Assembly: GCA_963674965.2 (NCBI GenBank)
Contig: CAXXFL010000007.1
Span: forward strand, 576,001 to 640,000
Origin: a bacterium
GTDB lineage: Bacteria > RBG-13-61-14 > DATKZS01
Length of the DNA: 64,000 bases
Direction: 5' to 3'
Shown: one piece after another, positions 7,908 to 17,631 of the stretch
Layout of the letters: every line of letters begins with the position of its first letter
How positions within the stretch are numbered: the first letter of the stretch is position 1
The notes under the pieces: generated by a model
Seen by the model: the letters and a program-made list of their open reading frames with translations, nothing else
Database searches by the model: none
What the model was told of the DNA's origin: nothing
Position numbers and translations under genes: made by a program

Positions 7908-10739
7908 ATGGCAATTAAGGTAAAAAAGCCGGAGAAGGGAAAAAAGAAGCCGAGAAGGCTTTTTATGAAGCTCTTCAAGTGGATGGTCTACCTCGGCTTC
8001 GCGGGCGTGATCATCGGGTTTACCGGACTTTACGGGGCATACCTCTACCTCGCCCGGGACCTTCCTCCCATCAATTCCCTGCATAGCTACCGCCCCGCTA
8101 TTCCCTCCCAGGTCTACGCTGACGACGGGACCCTGATAGCGGAATTCGCCACCGAGCGCCGGCGTATGGTACCCATCGAGGACATACCCGAGGAGGTGAA
8201 AAAGGTGTTCATCGCGGCGGAGGACCACAGGTTCCTCGAGCACGAGGGGGTGGACTTCTGGGGCCTGGGCGCCATTTTCGTTCATTACCTTCGCACGGGA
8301 GAGGTCAGGGGCGCCTCGACCCTTACCATGCAGCTCTCGAGGACCTTTTTCCTCTCCCGGGAGAGGACCTTCGAGAGGAAATTCAAGGAGTGGATTCTGG
8401 CCCTTCGCGTCGAGCGCGACTTTACCAAGGACGAGATACTCTACCTTTACCTCAGCCAGGTTGACTTCGGCCGCAACCTTTACGGCATCGGCGCGGCCTC
8501 GGAGTATTATTTCGGCAAGACCCCCAAGGAACTCAACCAGGCTGAAGCCGCCATGCTGGCGGGCATACTTCCCGCGCCCAGCGCCTTCAACCCGGTGTCC
8601 AATTTCGAACAGGCGAAGAAAAGGCAGCATATCGTCCTTTACCTCCGCATGAAGAACGAGATGGGCCTGATCGACCAGGCCCAGGCCGACGCCTTGTACG
8701 CCCTCCCCATCAAGGTGACGGGCAAGTGGGGCCCCGATGAGGACCGCTCCCGCCACTTCGTGCTCCAAGCTAAAAGGACCCTTCTCGACAGGTACGGCGA
8801 GGACATGGTCTATATGGGCGGCCTTCAGGTATTCGCCACCGTTAACTTAAGGGCCGACGAGATCGCGGCCAAGGCGGTCGAGGACGGGATCATCGGCAAG
8901 AACGGGGTGGACAAGCAAAGGGGATTCGAACTGCCCGCGGCAAGGCTCTCGGGCGACACCCTCCAGTCATATCTGGACAAGCAGGAAGCGGGACTTATCA
9001 ACGACTGGATAGAAAACAGGTGGAGTGAAACCCTGGCCGAGGGCAAGGCGGACGCGATCAAGAAAAAAGATATCAAGGCCCAGGCCCCCTCCCCCTCCGA
9101 GTTGGAGGAAGGAAAGATTTATTGGGGCGTGGTCAGCTCGGTTTCCGACGAGAGCCGGACGGTCCGGGTGCTGATCGGGCACAACATCGGACGGATCGAT
9201 AAGAAGGACATGTCCTGGGTCAAGCAGTACTACGCCGGCGAGGACCCCAACAAGCGTAAAAGCTACTCGCGTCCGTCACAGATACTGGCGGCCGGCGACA
9301 AGATCAAGGTCAAGATGACGGGCATACTGGAGGAGCCGGACAACGGCGCCCGCTACGCTCTCGCCCTCGAGCAGGACACGAAAATCCAGGCGGGTCTTTT
9401 CAGCATGGAAACCAGGACGGGGCGGGTCAAGGCCCTTTACGGCGGCATCGAGACGTCATATATAAGGCCCATCCAGGCCAAGCGGCAACCAGGTTCGTCT
9501 TTCAAGCCTTTCGTGTATTCAGCCGCCATCGACGACCCCATGAATCGCTTTACGCCGGCCACCTTGATTATCGACGCCCCGATCATTTTTAAAAAGGACG
9601 ACCAAAAATGTGGAATCACAATATATAAAGATTACCAGCCCAAAAACTACAGCGGCAGTTTCCAAGGGCCGCTTACTCTGCGCGACGCTCTCAAGAAGTC
9701 GGTCAACACCATCGCGGTCCGGGTTGGATGCAAGCTGGGCTGTCAGAACGTGGCGGACTACGCCCACATGATGGGGATAAAGACCAAACTCGATCTGTTG
9801 CCTTGCCTTCCCCTGGGCTGCTCCGAGGTGAGCCTCCAGGAAATGTGCGCCGGTTATAACGTATTCCCCAATAACGGCTATTACGTCGAGCCCGTCTTCA
9901 TCTCACGTATTTACGACCGGGACGGGAACCTCCTCGAGTACGAGCCCACCCTGACCGGTGAGGACTTGAAGAGGGCCAAGGAAAGAAGGGCCGCCATCGC
10001 CATCCCCGGTTACGAGGAGGGGGACACCATCGAGCCGCCGGGCCCGGACGTGATCGAGGAGGACACGGTCTTTTCCGAGAAACCCTCGAGCTTTACCCGC
10101 GACTACGTCCATCATTACCTCAGCCGTCCCACTCCCCCCAGCCAGCTTCAGGAGCCATCTCTCGAGCAATACATGGCCATGATCGCGGGGGACACGTCCG
10201 GCAGGATTACCTCGTCCGACGCCCCCGAGTTCGGAAGGCAAATCATCAGCGCCCAGACCGCCTACGTCATGAACAGCATGCTGAGGTCGGTGGTCCGCTC
10301 GGGCACGGCCACCAGGGCCAACAAGCTGAAAAGGTCCGTGGCGGGCAAGACGGGCACGACCAACAACTACCGTGACGCCTGGTTTATCGGCTATTCTCCC
10401 GAGATACTGGCCGGCGTCTGGGTCGGGGCCGACGACTATAGATATTCGCTTGGACACGGCATGAGCGGCGGAAAAGCGGCGCTGCCCATTTGGGTCGATT
10501 ACATGGAAGAGGCGCTCAAAGACCAGCCCAAAAAGGAGTTCTTCGTTCCCCGGGGACTGTCCTGGGTCAAGATCGACAAGAACACCGGCCTCCGCGCCCA
10601 GGAATGCACCCCCAAGGAGAACATCAGGACCGAGGTCTTCATCAAGGGAACGGCCCCCGACGAGGTATCTCCCTGCCCCGTCATAGAGGGAGCAAACGCC
10701 GGCCACGACCGCGACCCCCTAAGCGAGCTGTATAGATAA
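7908..10739 (+). CDS. mrcA: Penicillin-binding protein 1A
   Basis: TM anchor, transglycosylase motifs (AAEDHRF, GASTLTMQL), transpeptidase motifs SSFK, SVN, KTGT. Confidence 0.92.
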   Translation: MAIKVKKPEKGKKKPRRLFMKLFKWMVYLGFAGVIIGFTGLYGAYLYLARDLPPINSLHSYRPAIPSQVYADDGTLIAEFATERRRMVPIEDIPEEVKKVFIAAEDHRFLEHEGVDFWGLGAIFVHYLRTGEVRGASTLTMQLSRTFFLSRERTFERKFKEWILALRVERDFTKDEILYLYLSQVDFGRNLYGIGAASEYYFGKTPKELNQAEAAMLAGILPAPSAFNPVSNFEQAKKRQHIVLYLRMKNEMGLIDQAQADALYALPIKVTGKWGPDEDRSRHFVLQAKRTLLDRYGEDMVYMGGLQVFATVNLRADEIAAKAVEDGIIGKNGVDKQRGFELPAARLSGDTLQSYLDKQEAGLINDWIENRWSETLAEGKADAIKKKDIKAQAPSPSELEEGKIYWGVVSSVSDESRTVRVLIGHNIGRIDKKDMSWVKQYYAGEDPNKRKSYSRPSQILAAGDKIKVKMTGILEEPDNGARYALALEQDTKIQAGLFSMETRTGRVKALYGGIETSYIRPIQAKRQPGSSFKPFVYSAAIDDPMNRFTPATLIIDAPIIFKKDDQKCGITIYKDYQPKNYSGSFQGPLTLRDALKKSVNTIAVRVGCKLGCQNVADYAHMMGIKTKLDLLPCLPLGCSEVSLQEMCAGYNVFPNNGYYVEPVFISRIYDRDGNLLEYEPTLTGEDLKRAKERRAAIAIPGYEEGDTIEPPGPDVIEEDTVFSEKPSSFTRDYVHHYLSRPTPPSQLQEPSLEQYMAMIAGDTSGRITSSDAPEFGRQIISAQTAYVMNSMLRSVVRSGTATRANKLKRSVAGKTGTTNNYRDAWFIGYSPEILAGVWVGADDYRYSLGHGMSGGKAALPIWVDYMEEALKDQPKKEFFVPRGLSWVKIDKNTGLRAQECTPKENIRTEVFIKGTAPDEVSPCPVIEGANAGHDRDPLSELYR

Positions 10740-10810
10740 TCGATTTTTACAAAATAGAGTCGCCAACCACCTATATCAAGATGATAACTGATTGGAAAAA
10801 GAAATAGACC

Positions 10811-10996
10811 GAGCCTCTTGCAAAAGTCCCGCTTTGGAGTGCGGCGGCTCGACGCCGCTTTTATTCCGAGCGGCTTGACGCGAGGCAAGCCGGTGTATTA
10901 ATAGGCCTTGTCAAGCCAAGGCCCTCGAAAGCGGTCTCAAGCGACCGCACTCCAAAGCGGCTATGCCGCAAAGAAAAGGACTTTTGCAAGAAGCTC
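10811..10996 (+). mobile_element. 186-bp non-autonomous element (MITE/REPIN-like), copy 1
   Basis: Terminal IRs GAGCCTCTTGCAAAAGTCC / GGACTTTTGCAAGAAGCTC; internal perfect 16-bp IR at 10829-10844 and 10945-10960; near-identical copy at 45364-45549. Confidence 0.85.
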
Positions 10997-11083
10997 AATA
11001 CTTGAAAATATAACAACGGACAGCAAAGTGCAAGATGACCTGTCCCGCGAAGCGGGACGCCCGCGGTTTTTGAAAGACCGCAG

Positions 11084-11155
11084 ATGTTGCTTGAAGATGG
11101 GGCGCCCTCCATGGAAGCCGAGTTTATTGGGACCCAGACGGTAATGGTCTCCTGA
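11084..11155 (+). pseudogene. C-terminal remnant of a HicB-like antitoxin
   Basis: MLLEDGAPSMEAEFIGTQTVMVS* resembles the C-terminus of short HicB proteins; ends 2 nt before hicA; no N-terminal part upstream. Confidence 0.6.
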
Positions 11156-11157
11156 GC

Positions 11158-11379
11158 ATGGTAGATTACCCGGGTTTAAAGCCCCGGAAAGTCGTGGCGA
11201 TCCTGGAGAATTTGGGTTTCCAACAAGTACGCCAAATAGGCCCTCATAAGCAATTTCGACGCCCGGACGGCAGATGCGTCACCGCGCCATTTCACGCCGA
11301 CGAGGACATTTCTCCAATCCAAAAAAGAATCTCCAAGGAAATTGGACTTTCCATAGATAAACTTATTCAAAACGAGTGA
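11158..11379 (+). CDS. hicA: HicA-family toxin (possibly degenerate)
   Basis: LKPRKVVAILENLGFQQVRQIGPHKQFRRPDGRCVTAPFH matches the HicA pattern. Confidence 0.8.
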   Translation: MVDYPGLKPRKVVAILENLGFQQVRQIGPHKQFRRPDGRCVTAPFHADEDISPIQKRISKEIGLSIDKLIQNE

Positions 11380-11459
11380 CGTATGACCCTTCATGTAAGC
11401 CCGTCCGCTCCGCTCACCCACCCACCTGTCCCGAAAGAGATGGGCAGGTCCCAAGAGAA

Positions 11460-11789
11460 TCAGTCCAGCGCGTAGTCCTCGCGGATGGGGCTCCAGCAGT
11501 CGTAAGCCACGGCCGGGCCCTGGGTGACCTTGACCCCGTGCTCGGCACCGGAGGGGATGAGGACCACCTCGCCGGGACCGACCTCGCGGTCCTCCCCTTC
11601 CACGGTGAAGATCATGCGGCCCGAGACGATCACGCTGATCTGCTCGTGGGGATGGGAATGAAGGGGCACCACCGACTCGTGGGCCAGGTCCACGAAGGTG
11701 ACCATCACGTTCTTCAAATAGGCCGACCGCATGACCACGCCGGGCGCCAGTTCCTTGGACCGCTTGTCCTTGATTATCGAGTGCAGCAT
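11460..11789 (-). CDS. Cupin domain protein
   Basis: PLHSHPHEQ...GEVVLIPSGAEHG cupin motifs. Confidence 0.88.
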   Translation of the reverse strand: MLHSIIKDKRSKELAPGVVMRSAYLKNVMVTFVDLAHESVVPLHSHPHEQISVIVSGRMIFTVEGEDREVGPGEVVLIPSGAEHGVKVTQGPAVAYDCWSPIREDYALD

Positions 11790-11821
11790 TTATTCCTCCC
11801 TTTTCGCCGGGGAGTAAGTCG

Positions 11822-12625
11822 TCAGCCCGACTCCTTCCCGCTCTTCTTTCCTTTTATATAGCGCGTTTTGATTCTTTCCCATTCCTTCTCGACTCTCTCC
11901 GCCAGCCGGTCCGCGTGGGGCTCGAGGGCGGCCCGGGCGGCCAGGGACGGGTCTTCACCCGCGTGATAGGGTATCTCGAACACGGGCGGAGCAAGGTGGC
12001 GGCGGATGACCTCGGCGTTGGTGGCGGCTGAAAGGTCCGGTTCTGGATCGACCGAGTTCAGGGCTATGCCTATCACCTCGAGGCCCCTCCTGGCCAGGGC
12101 CTCGACGGTCAGGATGGTATGGTTGATGGCGCCCAGCCGGTTGGCCGCCACCACCATGACCGGCAGTTCCATGCCCAGGAGCAAGTCGATGAACTTGAAG
12201 CGGGAGTTAATGGGGACCATGATCCCGCCCGCCGTCTCGACCACGGGCGCCGCGTTCCTTTCCATCCACCGGTTCATGGCCTGGTAGACGCGGTCCACGG
12301 AAATCTCGATCCCCTCGAGTCGGGCCGCCTCCTCCGGGGCCAGGGGCGCCTTGAGCCGCCAGGGGACCAGGTCGGCCATCTCGATTACCCCGTCGCTCCA
12401 GCCTCCTTCCTCCACGCTAAAGCCCTTCACGCGCAATCGGGCCGCCTCGGCCAGGGCCATGCCGTCAAGGGGAACAAGAGCGTCGCCCTCGCACCCCGTC
12501 TCGACCGGCTTCAAGGCCCCGATTATAAGTCCCCTTTCCGAAAGCAGCCGGATCATGGCCCGGGCCGCGGCCGTCTTGCCCACGCCCGTGTCCGTGCCGG
12601 TTATGGCCAGTCCCCGATAGATCAC
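11822..12625 (-). CDS. bioD: Dethiobiotin synthase
   Basis: ITGTDTGVGKT, LKPVETG, VETAGG, LGAINHTILT; probable GTG start at 12625 (start uncertain). Confidence 0.9.
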   Translation of the reverse strand: MIYRGLAITGTDTGVGKTAAARAMIRLLSERGLIIGALKPVETGCEGDALVPLDGMALAEAARLRVKGFSVEEGGWSDGVIEMADLVPWRLKAPLAPEEAARLEGIEISVDRVYQAMNRWMERNAAPVVETAGGIMVPINSRFKFIDLLLGMELPVMVVAANRLGAINHTILTVEALARRGLEVIGIALNSVDPEPDLSAATNAEVIRRHLAPPVFEIPYHAGEDPSLAARAALEPHADRLAERVEKEWERIKTRYIKGKKSGKESG

Positions 12626-12744
12626 GGTGAGACAGTTTAACTTGAAAAGGGCCAGCGAAAAAGTTATAGCGTCCGCTCCGTCCATCGCCTATACTCGATC
12701 TGGACCCGATTTCCGACGCGCCGTTTCGAGAAGAGGAGGGACTC

Positions 12745-13143
12745 ATGAGACTGGCGGTGGTGGACGCCGACCTTTGCGTCGGCTGTCAAAGCTGCATGTT
12801 CGCCTGTTCCAGGAGACAGGGTTTCGCGGGCCTGGGCAAGAGCCGCGTTCTGGTTTCCTCGGCCGGAGGCATGTCCAGGGGCTTCAGGGTGATTGTCTGC
12901 CGCGCCTGCCCCGATCCGCCCTGCGCGGACGCCTGCCCCTCGGGGGCCATGAAGGTGAGGAGCAAGGGAGGGGTCAAGGTGGACCGGGACAAGTGCACGG
13001 CCTGCGGCCAGTGCGCCGAGGCCTGTCCCCTGGGGGCCATCACCTTGGAGGAGGGATCGGGCATGCCCCAGGTCTGCGTCTATTGTGGCTATTGCGCCCG
13101 CTATTGTCCCCACGGCGTCCTGGCCTGGGAAAAGGAGAATTAG
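12745..13143 (+). CDS. 4Fe-4S dicluster protein (AOR-associated electron-transfer subunit)
   Basis: Four Cys clusters (CVGCQSCMFAC, CRACPDPPCADACP, CTACGQCAEACP, CVYCGYCARYCP); GGAGG RBS. Confidence 0.9.
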   Translation: MRLAVVDADLCVGCQSCMFACSRRQGFAGLGKSRVLVSSAGGMSRGFRVIVCRACPDPPCADACPSGAMKVRSKGGVKVDRDKCTACGQCAEACPLGAITLEEGSGMPQVCVYCGYCARYCPHGVLAWEKEN

Positions 13144-13146
13144 GCC

Positions 13147-14901
13147 ATGGCGCCGGACAAGTGGATCACGCGCGTCCTTTACGTGGACCTCTCGGGCAAA
13201 TCGTCTCGCGTCGAGGAAAGGCTGGACCTTTTCTCCCGCGGCGTGGGGGGCGCGGGAGTTGCTTCCGAGCTGCTGCTCGAGGAGTGCCCCGAGGGTATCG
13301 ATCCTCTCGACCCTCGAAACCCCGTCATCCTGGCGGTGGGACCTCTCACCGGAATGTTTCCCCTCGCCTCGAAAACGGTGGCCGCCTTCAAGTCGCCGCT
13401 TACCGGCAACCTGGGCGAGAGCCACTGCGGGGGCAGGACCGCCTCGGCCATCCGCTCGGCCGGCTACGGCGCCATCGTTATTAAGGGCGCGGCCGCAAAG
13501 CCGGTCTGGCTTTCCATCCACGGGGACAAGGTATCGTTCAAGGACGCCCGCGCCGCCTGGGGCATGCGCAGCGGGGCCACCTCCGCCCGGGTGATAAGGA
13601 TGAACGAGCCGGGCGCGGGGATGAGGACCATACTAAGGATTGGGCGGGCGGGCGAGAGGCTGGTGTCCTATTCGTGCGTCACGGCCGAGACCTATCGGCA
13701 CTTCGGCCGGTTGGGACTGGGCGCCGTGTTCGGCTCGAAGAAGCTCAAGGCCGTCGTCGTCTCGGGTTCCCTTTCCATGCCAATGGAGAACGGCAAGGAG
13801 TTCCGTGAGGTCTACGACGAGATTTATGAGGCGGCGGTCAAGTCCGAGGCCATGAAGAAGTACCACGACCTGGGCACGGCCGGAAACGTGCTGGCCCTGA
13901 ACGAGCTGAAGGGCTTTCCCACCCGGAACCTGGCCGCCGCGAGCTTCGACATGGCCGCCGGGCTCTCGGGCGAGAGGCTGGCCGAGAACTTCCTGGGCCG
14001 CCGCCTGGCCTGCTCTCATTGCCCGGTTGGATGCGTGCACGTGGCGGCCCTCCGCGAGCCTTACCGGAACGAGCCTTATTTCTACAAGACCTCCATGATC
14101 TCCTACGACTACGAGATGATCTACTCCCTGGGATCGATGCTGGGAATTGGGGAGGGGGCCGAGTTTTTAAGGCTCCTGGATAAGGTCGAGACCCTGGGAC
14201 TGGACGTCATGAGCGCGGGAGTATGCCTGGCCTGGGCCACCGAGGCCCTCGAGCGGGGCATAGTCGGGGAGAGGGAAACCGTCGTGCCCCTTAAATGGGG
14301 CGACCGCGAGGCCTACGCCAAAGCCGCCCAGATGATCGTCGAGCAGCCAAACGACTTCTACGCCCGCCTGGCCAGGGGAGTGGAAAAGTGCGCCGCGGCC
14401 TACGGCGGCTCGGAGTTCGCCCTTGCCTTCGGCGGCAACGAGATGCCCGGCTATCACACGGGCCCGGCCTCCCACTTGAACTATCTTATCGGCGCCAGGC
14501 ACAGCCACCTTGACTCGGGCGGCTACGGCGTGGACCAGAAGGCCATGGGCAAGGAGTATCCGTCCCCCGAGCGCCTGGCCGAGTCGCTCATCGAGGAAGA
14601 AAGATGGAGGCAGGTGCTCTCGAGCCTGGTCATCTGCTTTTTCGCGCGGGGAATATACAAGGAAGACCTGGTCCTGAAAGCCCTGAGAATAGCGGGATAC
14701 GAGTTGTCCTCATCAGACCTGGCACGGATAGGAGAGAGGATTCACAAACTGAAATACAGGTTTAAAAACAGGGAAGGATTCAGCTTAAATAATATCAAGG
14801 CGCCGGAGAGGATTTTCGAGACGCCCAGCCCTCTGGGTACGGTCGATCGCGATTACATGCAAAAGGCCATAGCCCGGGCCAGGGAAATACTCGAGACATG
14901 A
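13147..14901 (+). CDS. Aldehyde ferredoxin oxidoreductase family protein (W/Mo-pterin)
   Basis: KSPLTGNLGESHCGG, IGRAGE, GRLGLGAVFGSKKLKAV, CSHCPVGC motifs. Confidence 0.9.
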   Translation: MAPDKWITRVLYVDLSGKSSRVEERLDLFSRGVGGAGVASELLLEECPEGIDPLDPRNPVILAVGPLTGMFPLASKTVAAFKSPLTGNLGESHCGGRTASAIRSAGYGAIVIKGAAAKPVWLSIHGDKVSFKDARAAWGMRSGATSARVIRMNEPGAGMRTILRIGRAGERLVSYSCVTAETYRHFGRLGLGAVFGSKKLKAVVVSGSLSMPMENGKEFREVYDEIYEAAVKSEAMKKYHDLGTAGNVLALNELKGFPTRNLAAASFDMAAGLSGERLAENFLGRRLACSHCPVGCVHVAALREPYRNEPYFYKTSMISYDYEMIYSLGSMLGIGEGAEFLRLLDKVETLGLDVMSAGVCLAWATEALERGIVGERETVVPLKWGDREAYAKAAQMIVEQPNDFYARLARGVEKCAAAYGGSEFALAFGGNEMPGYHTGPASHLNYLIGARHSHLDSGGYGVDQKAMGKEYPSPERLAESLIEEERWRQVLSSLVICFFARGIYKEDLVLKALRIAGYELSSSDLARIGERIHKLKYRFKNREGFSLNNIKAPERIFETPSPLGTVDRDYMQKAIARAREILET

Positions 14902-15032
14902 AGCTCGGCTTTACCGATCTTTTTCCCGCTTCTTGGAAAATTATTTCTCATTGATCGTCAAACCATCTCGCCCCCATATTATCCGCCGAATTATATCTTT
15001 ATTTATCAGGTTCTTGGTCATTAATATACAGC

Positions 15033-15048
15033 GGGCACGCTAATTGCT
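15033..15048 (+). promoter_or_regulatory. Candidate sigma54 (-24/-12) promoter
   Basis: GGGCACGCTAATTGCT versus consensus TGGCACG-N4-TTGCW, about 40 nt upstream of the surface protein start. Confidence 0.55.
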
Positions 15049-15086
15049 CAATTACATAAAAACGCTTTACCTCGAGGTGGGAACTC

Positions 15087-17567
15087 ATGACAAAACGCTT
15101 ACTTTGGATTTTCGTCGGCCTGGCCTCCCTGGCCGCGGCCGGCTGTCTCCAATTAACGGGCGTGATCCAGCCCTCATCGGTTACGCAAAACGAGAGCTTT
15201 CAGGTGACTTTGAGCGTCAAGACCAGTAGCGACGCCTACGCCCTGGCCTCCGCCAGGTTCGGGGCGATCAAGCTTCCCGTTGGTTTCGAGGTCACCGAGG
15301 CCGTCCTCGACGGTCACACTCTTTTCGTGGATTACGGCCTGGCCCGGGAGGTCGATCTCGAGTATCCCGCCGGCCCGGGATACTACTGGTGGGTGGCGCA
15401 AAACCACGACGACGAGACGACCTTTACCACGTATCAGGTCATCCTCGAGGTCGAGGCGGGACAGACCGTTGGAAGTTACGCCATCGATTACCGGGTGGGC
15501 TATAAAACCATTTACCGCGAGTTGACCTTCGACGATTCCGTGCTCGGAGTTTCCCTCGAGGTCGTCCCCGACCTGGACAACGACGACGACGGGATGCCCA
15601 ACGAGTGGGAGGCCTCCCACGCCTGCCTGATGGCCAACACCGCCGATTCCGTCCTCGATCGGGACGGCGACGGGCTTTCGGCCCTGGAAGAGTTGGGCTT
15701 TTCCTCGGACCCCTGCGCGCCGGACACCGACCTTGACGGGCTCATCGACGGGATCGAGGCCGACGGCCTGGGCTCCGATCCCTTGAAGGCGGACACCGAC
15801 GGCGACGGACTGAGCGACGCTTTCGAGGCCGGCGTAGTGGTGGGCGCCGGTCCCAACCAGGCACTGGACTCCGGCGCGAATGGAGACGACCCGCTAAGAT
15901 ACCTGGCCCTGTGGCTGGGTCCCAACCTCGAGCCCGAATCTCAGGCCGCGGGAGACGACCTCCAGGTCATCGCACTGGAGGCGGACTACCCGCGGCTATT
16001 TATCACCGACCCAACCGACGACGACTCGGACGGCGACGGCGTGGACGACAAGACCGAGACCGAGTCCGGCGCCGACCCTCTCGACGCGGACGTAACTCCA
16101 TCGTCCCCCTCCATCGTGGGGGACGCGGCCAAGCTGAATTACGGTCCCGACCGCTCCGAGCGGCCGTCCCTGGTCTGGACCGGCTCGGAGTACGGGCTGG
16201 CCTGGGACGATAGCCGGGAGGGAGAGTACGGGATTTACTTCAACCGCCTGGCGGCGAACGGCGACACCCTTGGCCCGGACCTTCGCGTGTCCGATTCCTC
16301 GGGCGCGGCCCAGTCGCCCGAGCTTGTCTGGACCGGCTCGGAGTACGGTCTGGCCTGGGAGGACGGCCGCGGCTCGGACTTGGAAATCTACTTTGCCCGC
16401 TTGTCCGCCTCGGGCGCGAAACTGGGAGACGACCTCAGGGTATCCTCGGGCGCGTTTCCCAGCATAGCGCCGAGCCTGGCCTGGACCGGCTCGGAGTACG
16501 CGGCGGCCTGGCGGGACTTCAGGGACCTCAACTGGGAGATATACTTCGCCAGGGTCTCGGCCGACGGCGTGCCCGCGGGCGGTGAAAGGAGAATCACGAA
16601 CAAGCCCGCCCACGCCCAGGACCCGTCTCTTGTCTGGACCGGCTCCGAGTTCGGCCTGTTCTGGGACGACCGGACGGCGGACGTTCCCGCCGTCTTTTTT
16701 AGGAGACTGGCGGCCGACGGCGCGGCCCTGGCCGGCGAGACCGTTATCAGCTCGGCCTCGGCCCACGCCGAGTTCCCCCGCGCCGCCTGGACCGGCTCGG
16801 AGTACGGCGTGGCGTGGGAGGACTACCGGGACGGGGCCTGGGAGCTTTACTTCCGAGGCGTCACCGGCGCCGGCCTGGCGGCGGGAGAGGAATCGAGGCT
16901 GACCTACTCGAGCGGCTTCAGCGGCGGGGTGGACCTTGTCTGGTCGGGCGACGGATACGCCCTGGCCTGGGAGGAGGAGTCCTTGTCCCGCTCGGCCGAC
17001 GTCCAGTTCGCCCAGATGGCCGCGGACGGGACCCTGGTCGGCTCGATGACTCGACTGACCGAGAGCAAGGACTGGGAGGAAACGCCCACCCTGGTCTGGA
17101 CCGGATCCGAGTTCGGGCTGGCCTGGAACGTCAATTCATATCGAAGCGCCAATATATACTTCGCCCGCGTCCGGGGTTCCCAGGACACGGATGGGGACGG
17201 CCTGTCCGACTCGCTCGAGACGACTTCCGCCACGGACTGGAGAAACCATGACACCGACGACGACGGCCTGTCGGACGGGGAGGAGGACGCCGACGGGGAC
17301 GGCCAAGTCGGCGCGGACGAGACCGATCCCACCAACCCCGACACCGATGGGGACGGCATGAGCGATTACGATGAAATCCAGGCCGGGCGGGACCCGCTGG
17401 CGCCGGACGGCGACGAGGGCGGCGAAGGTCCCGGCGGCGGCGTTTCGGGCGGGTGCATGATCGGAAATCCCCCCATGACCGCCGGCGGCGTGGCGGTTAC
17501 CCTGGCGCTTCTCATCTCTCCCCTCATCATCTCCCGGCTGCTTACGAGGAAAAGACGAAGAGAATAG
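15087..17567 (+). CDS. Large surface protein: Ca-binding DxDxDG repeats, seven WTGSEY repeats, C-terminal sorting signal
   Basis: Lipoprotein-like signal (AAAGC); DxDGDG repeats; seven ~51-aa repeats; tail GGCMIG-TM-RKRRRE. Confidence 0.8.
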   Translation: MTKRLLWIFVGLASLAAAGCLQLTGVIQPSSVTQNESFQVTLSVKTSSDAYALASARFGAIKLPVGFEVTEAVLDGHTLFVDYGLAREVDLEYPAGPGYYWWVAQNHDDETTFTTYQVILEVEAGQTVGSYAIDYRVGYKTIYRELTFDDSVLGVSLEVVPDLDNDDDGMPNEWEASHACLMANTADSVLDRDGDGLSALEELGFSSDPCAPDTDLDGLIDGIEADGLGSDPLKADTDGDGLSDAFEAGVVVGAGPNQALDSGANGDDPLRYLALWLGPNLEPESQAAGDDLQVIALEADYPRLFITDPTDDDSDGDGVDDKTETESGADPLDADVTPSSPSIVGDAAKLNYGPDRSERPSLVWTGSEYGLAWDDSREGEYGIYFNRLAANGDTLGPDLRVSDSSGAAQSPELVWTGSEYGLAWEDGRGSDLEIYFARLSASGAKLGDDLRVSSGAFPSIAPSLAWTGSEYAAAWRDFRDLNWEIYFARVSADGVPAGGERRITNKPAHAQDPSLVWTGSEFGLFWDDRTADVPAVFFRRLAADGAALAGETVISSASAHAEFPRAAWTGSEYGVAWEDYRDGAWELYFRGVTGAGLAAGEESRLTYSSGFSGGVDLVWSGDGYALAWEEESLSRSADVQFAQMAADGTLVGSMTRLTESKDWEETPTLVWTGSEFGLAWNVNSYRSANIYFARVRGSQDTDGDGLSDSLETTSATDWRNHDTDDDGLSDGEEDADGDGQVGADETDPTNPDTDGDGMSDYDEIQAGRDPLAPDGDEGGEGPGGGVSGGCMIGNPPMTAGGVAVTLALLISPLIISRLLTRKRRRE

Positions 17568-17581
17568 AAAGGTCGAGACGA

Positions 17582-17616
17582 TAAAAAGCCTCCCGGCCAA
17601 AGGGGCGGGAGGCCTT
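17582..17616. terminator. Putative intrinsic terminator between convergent genes
   Basis: GCCTCCCG...CGGGAGGC-type hairpin with an adjacent A run. Confidence 0.45.
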
Positions 17617-17631
17617 CGCGTTATCGTCCGC

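Noticed and set aside
16176-17120. Regularly spaced TGGACCGGCTCGGAGTACG repeats as a CRISPR array
   Set aside because: The 153-nt period is a multiple of 3 inside an ORF, the intervening sequences are homologous at protein level, and there are no cas genes.
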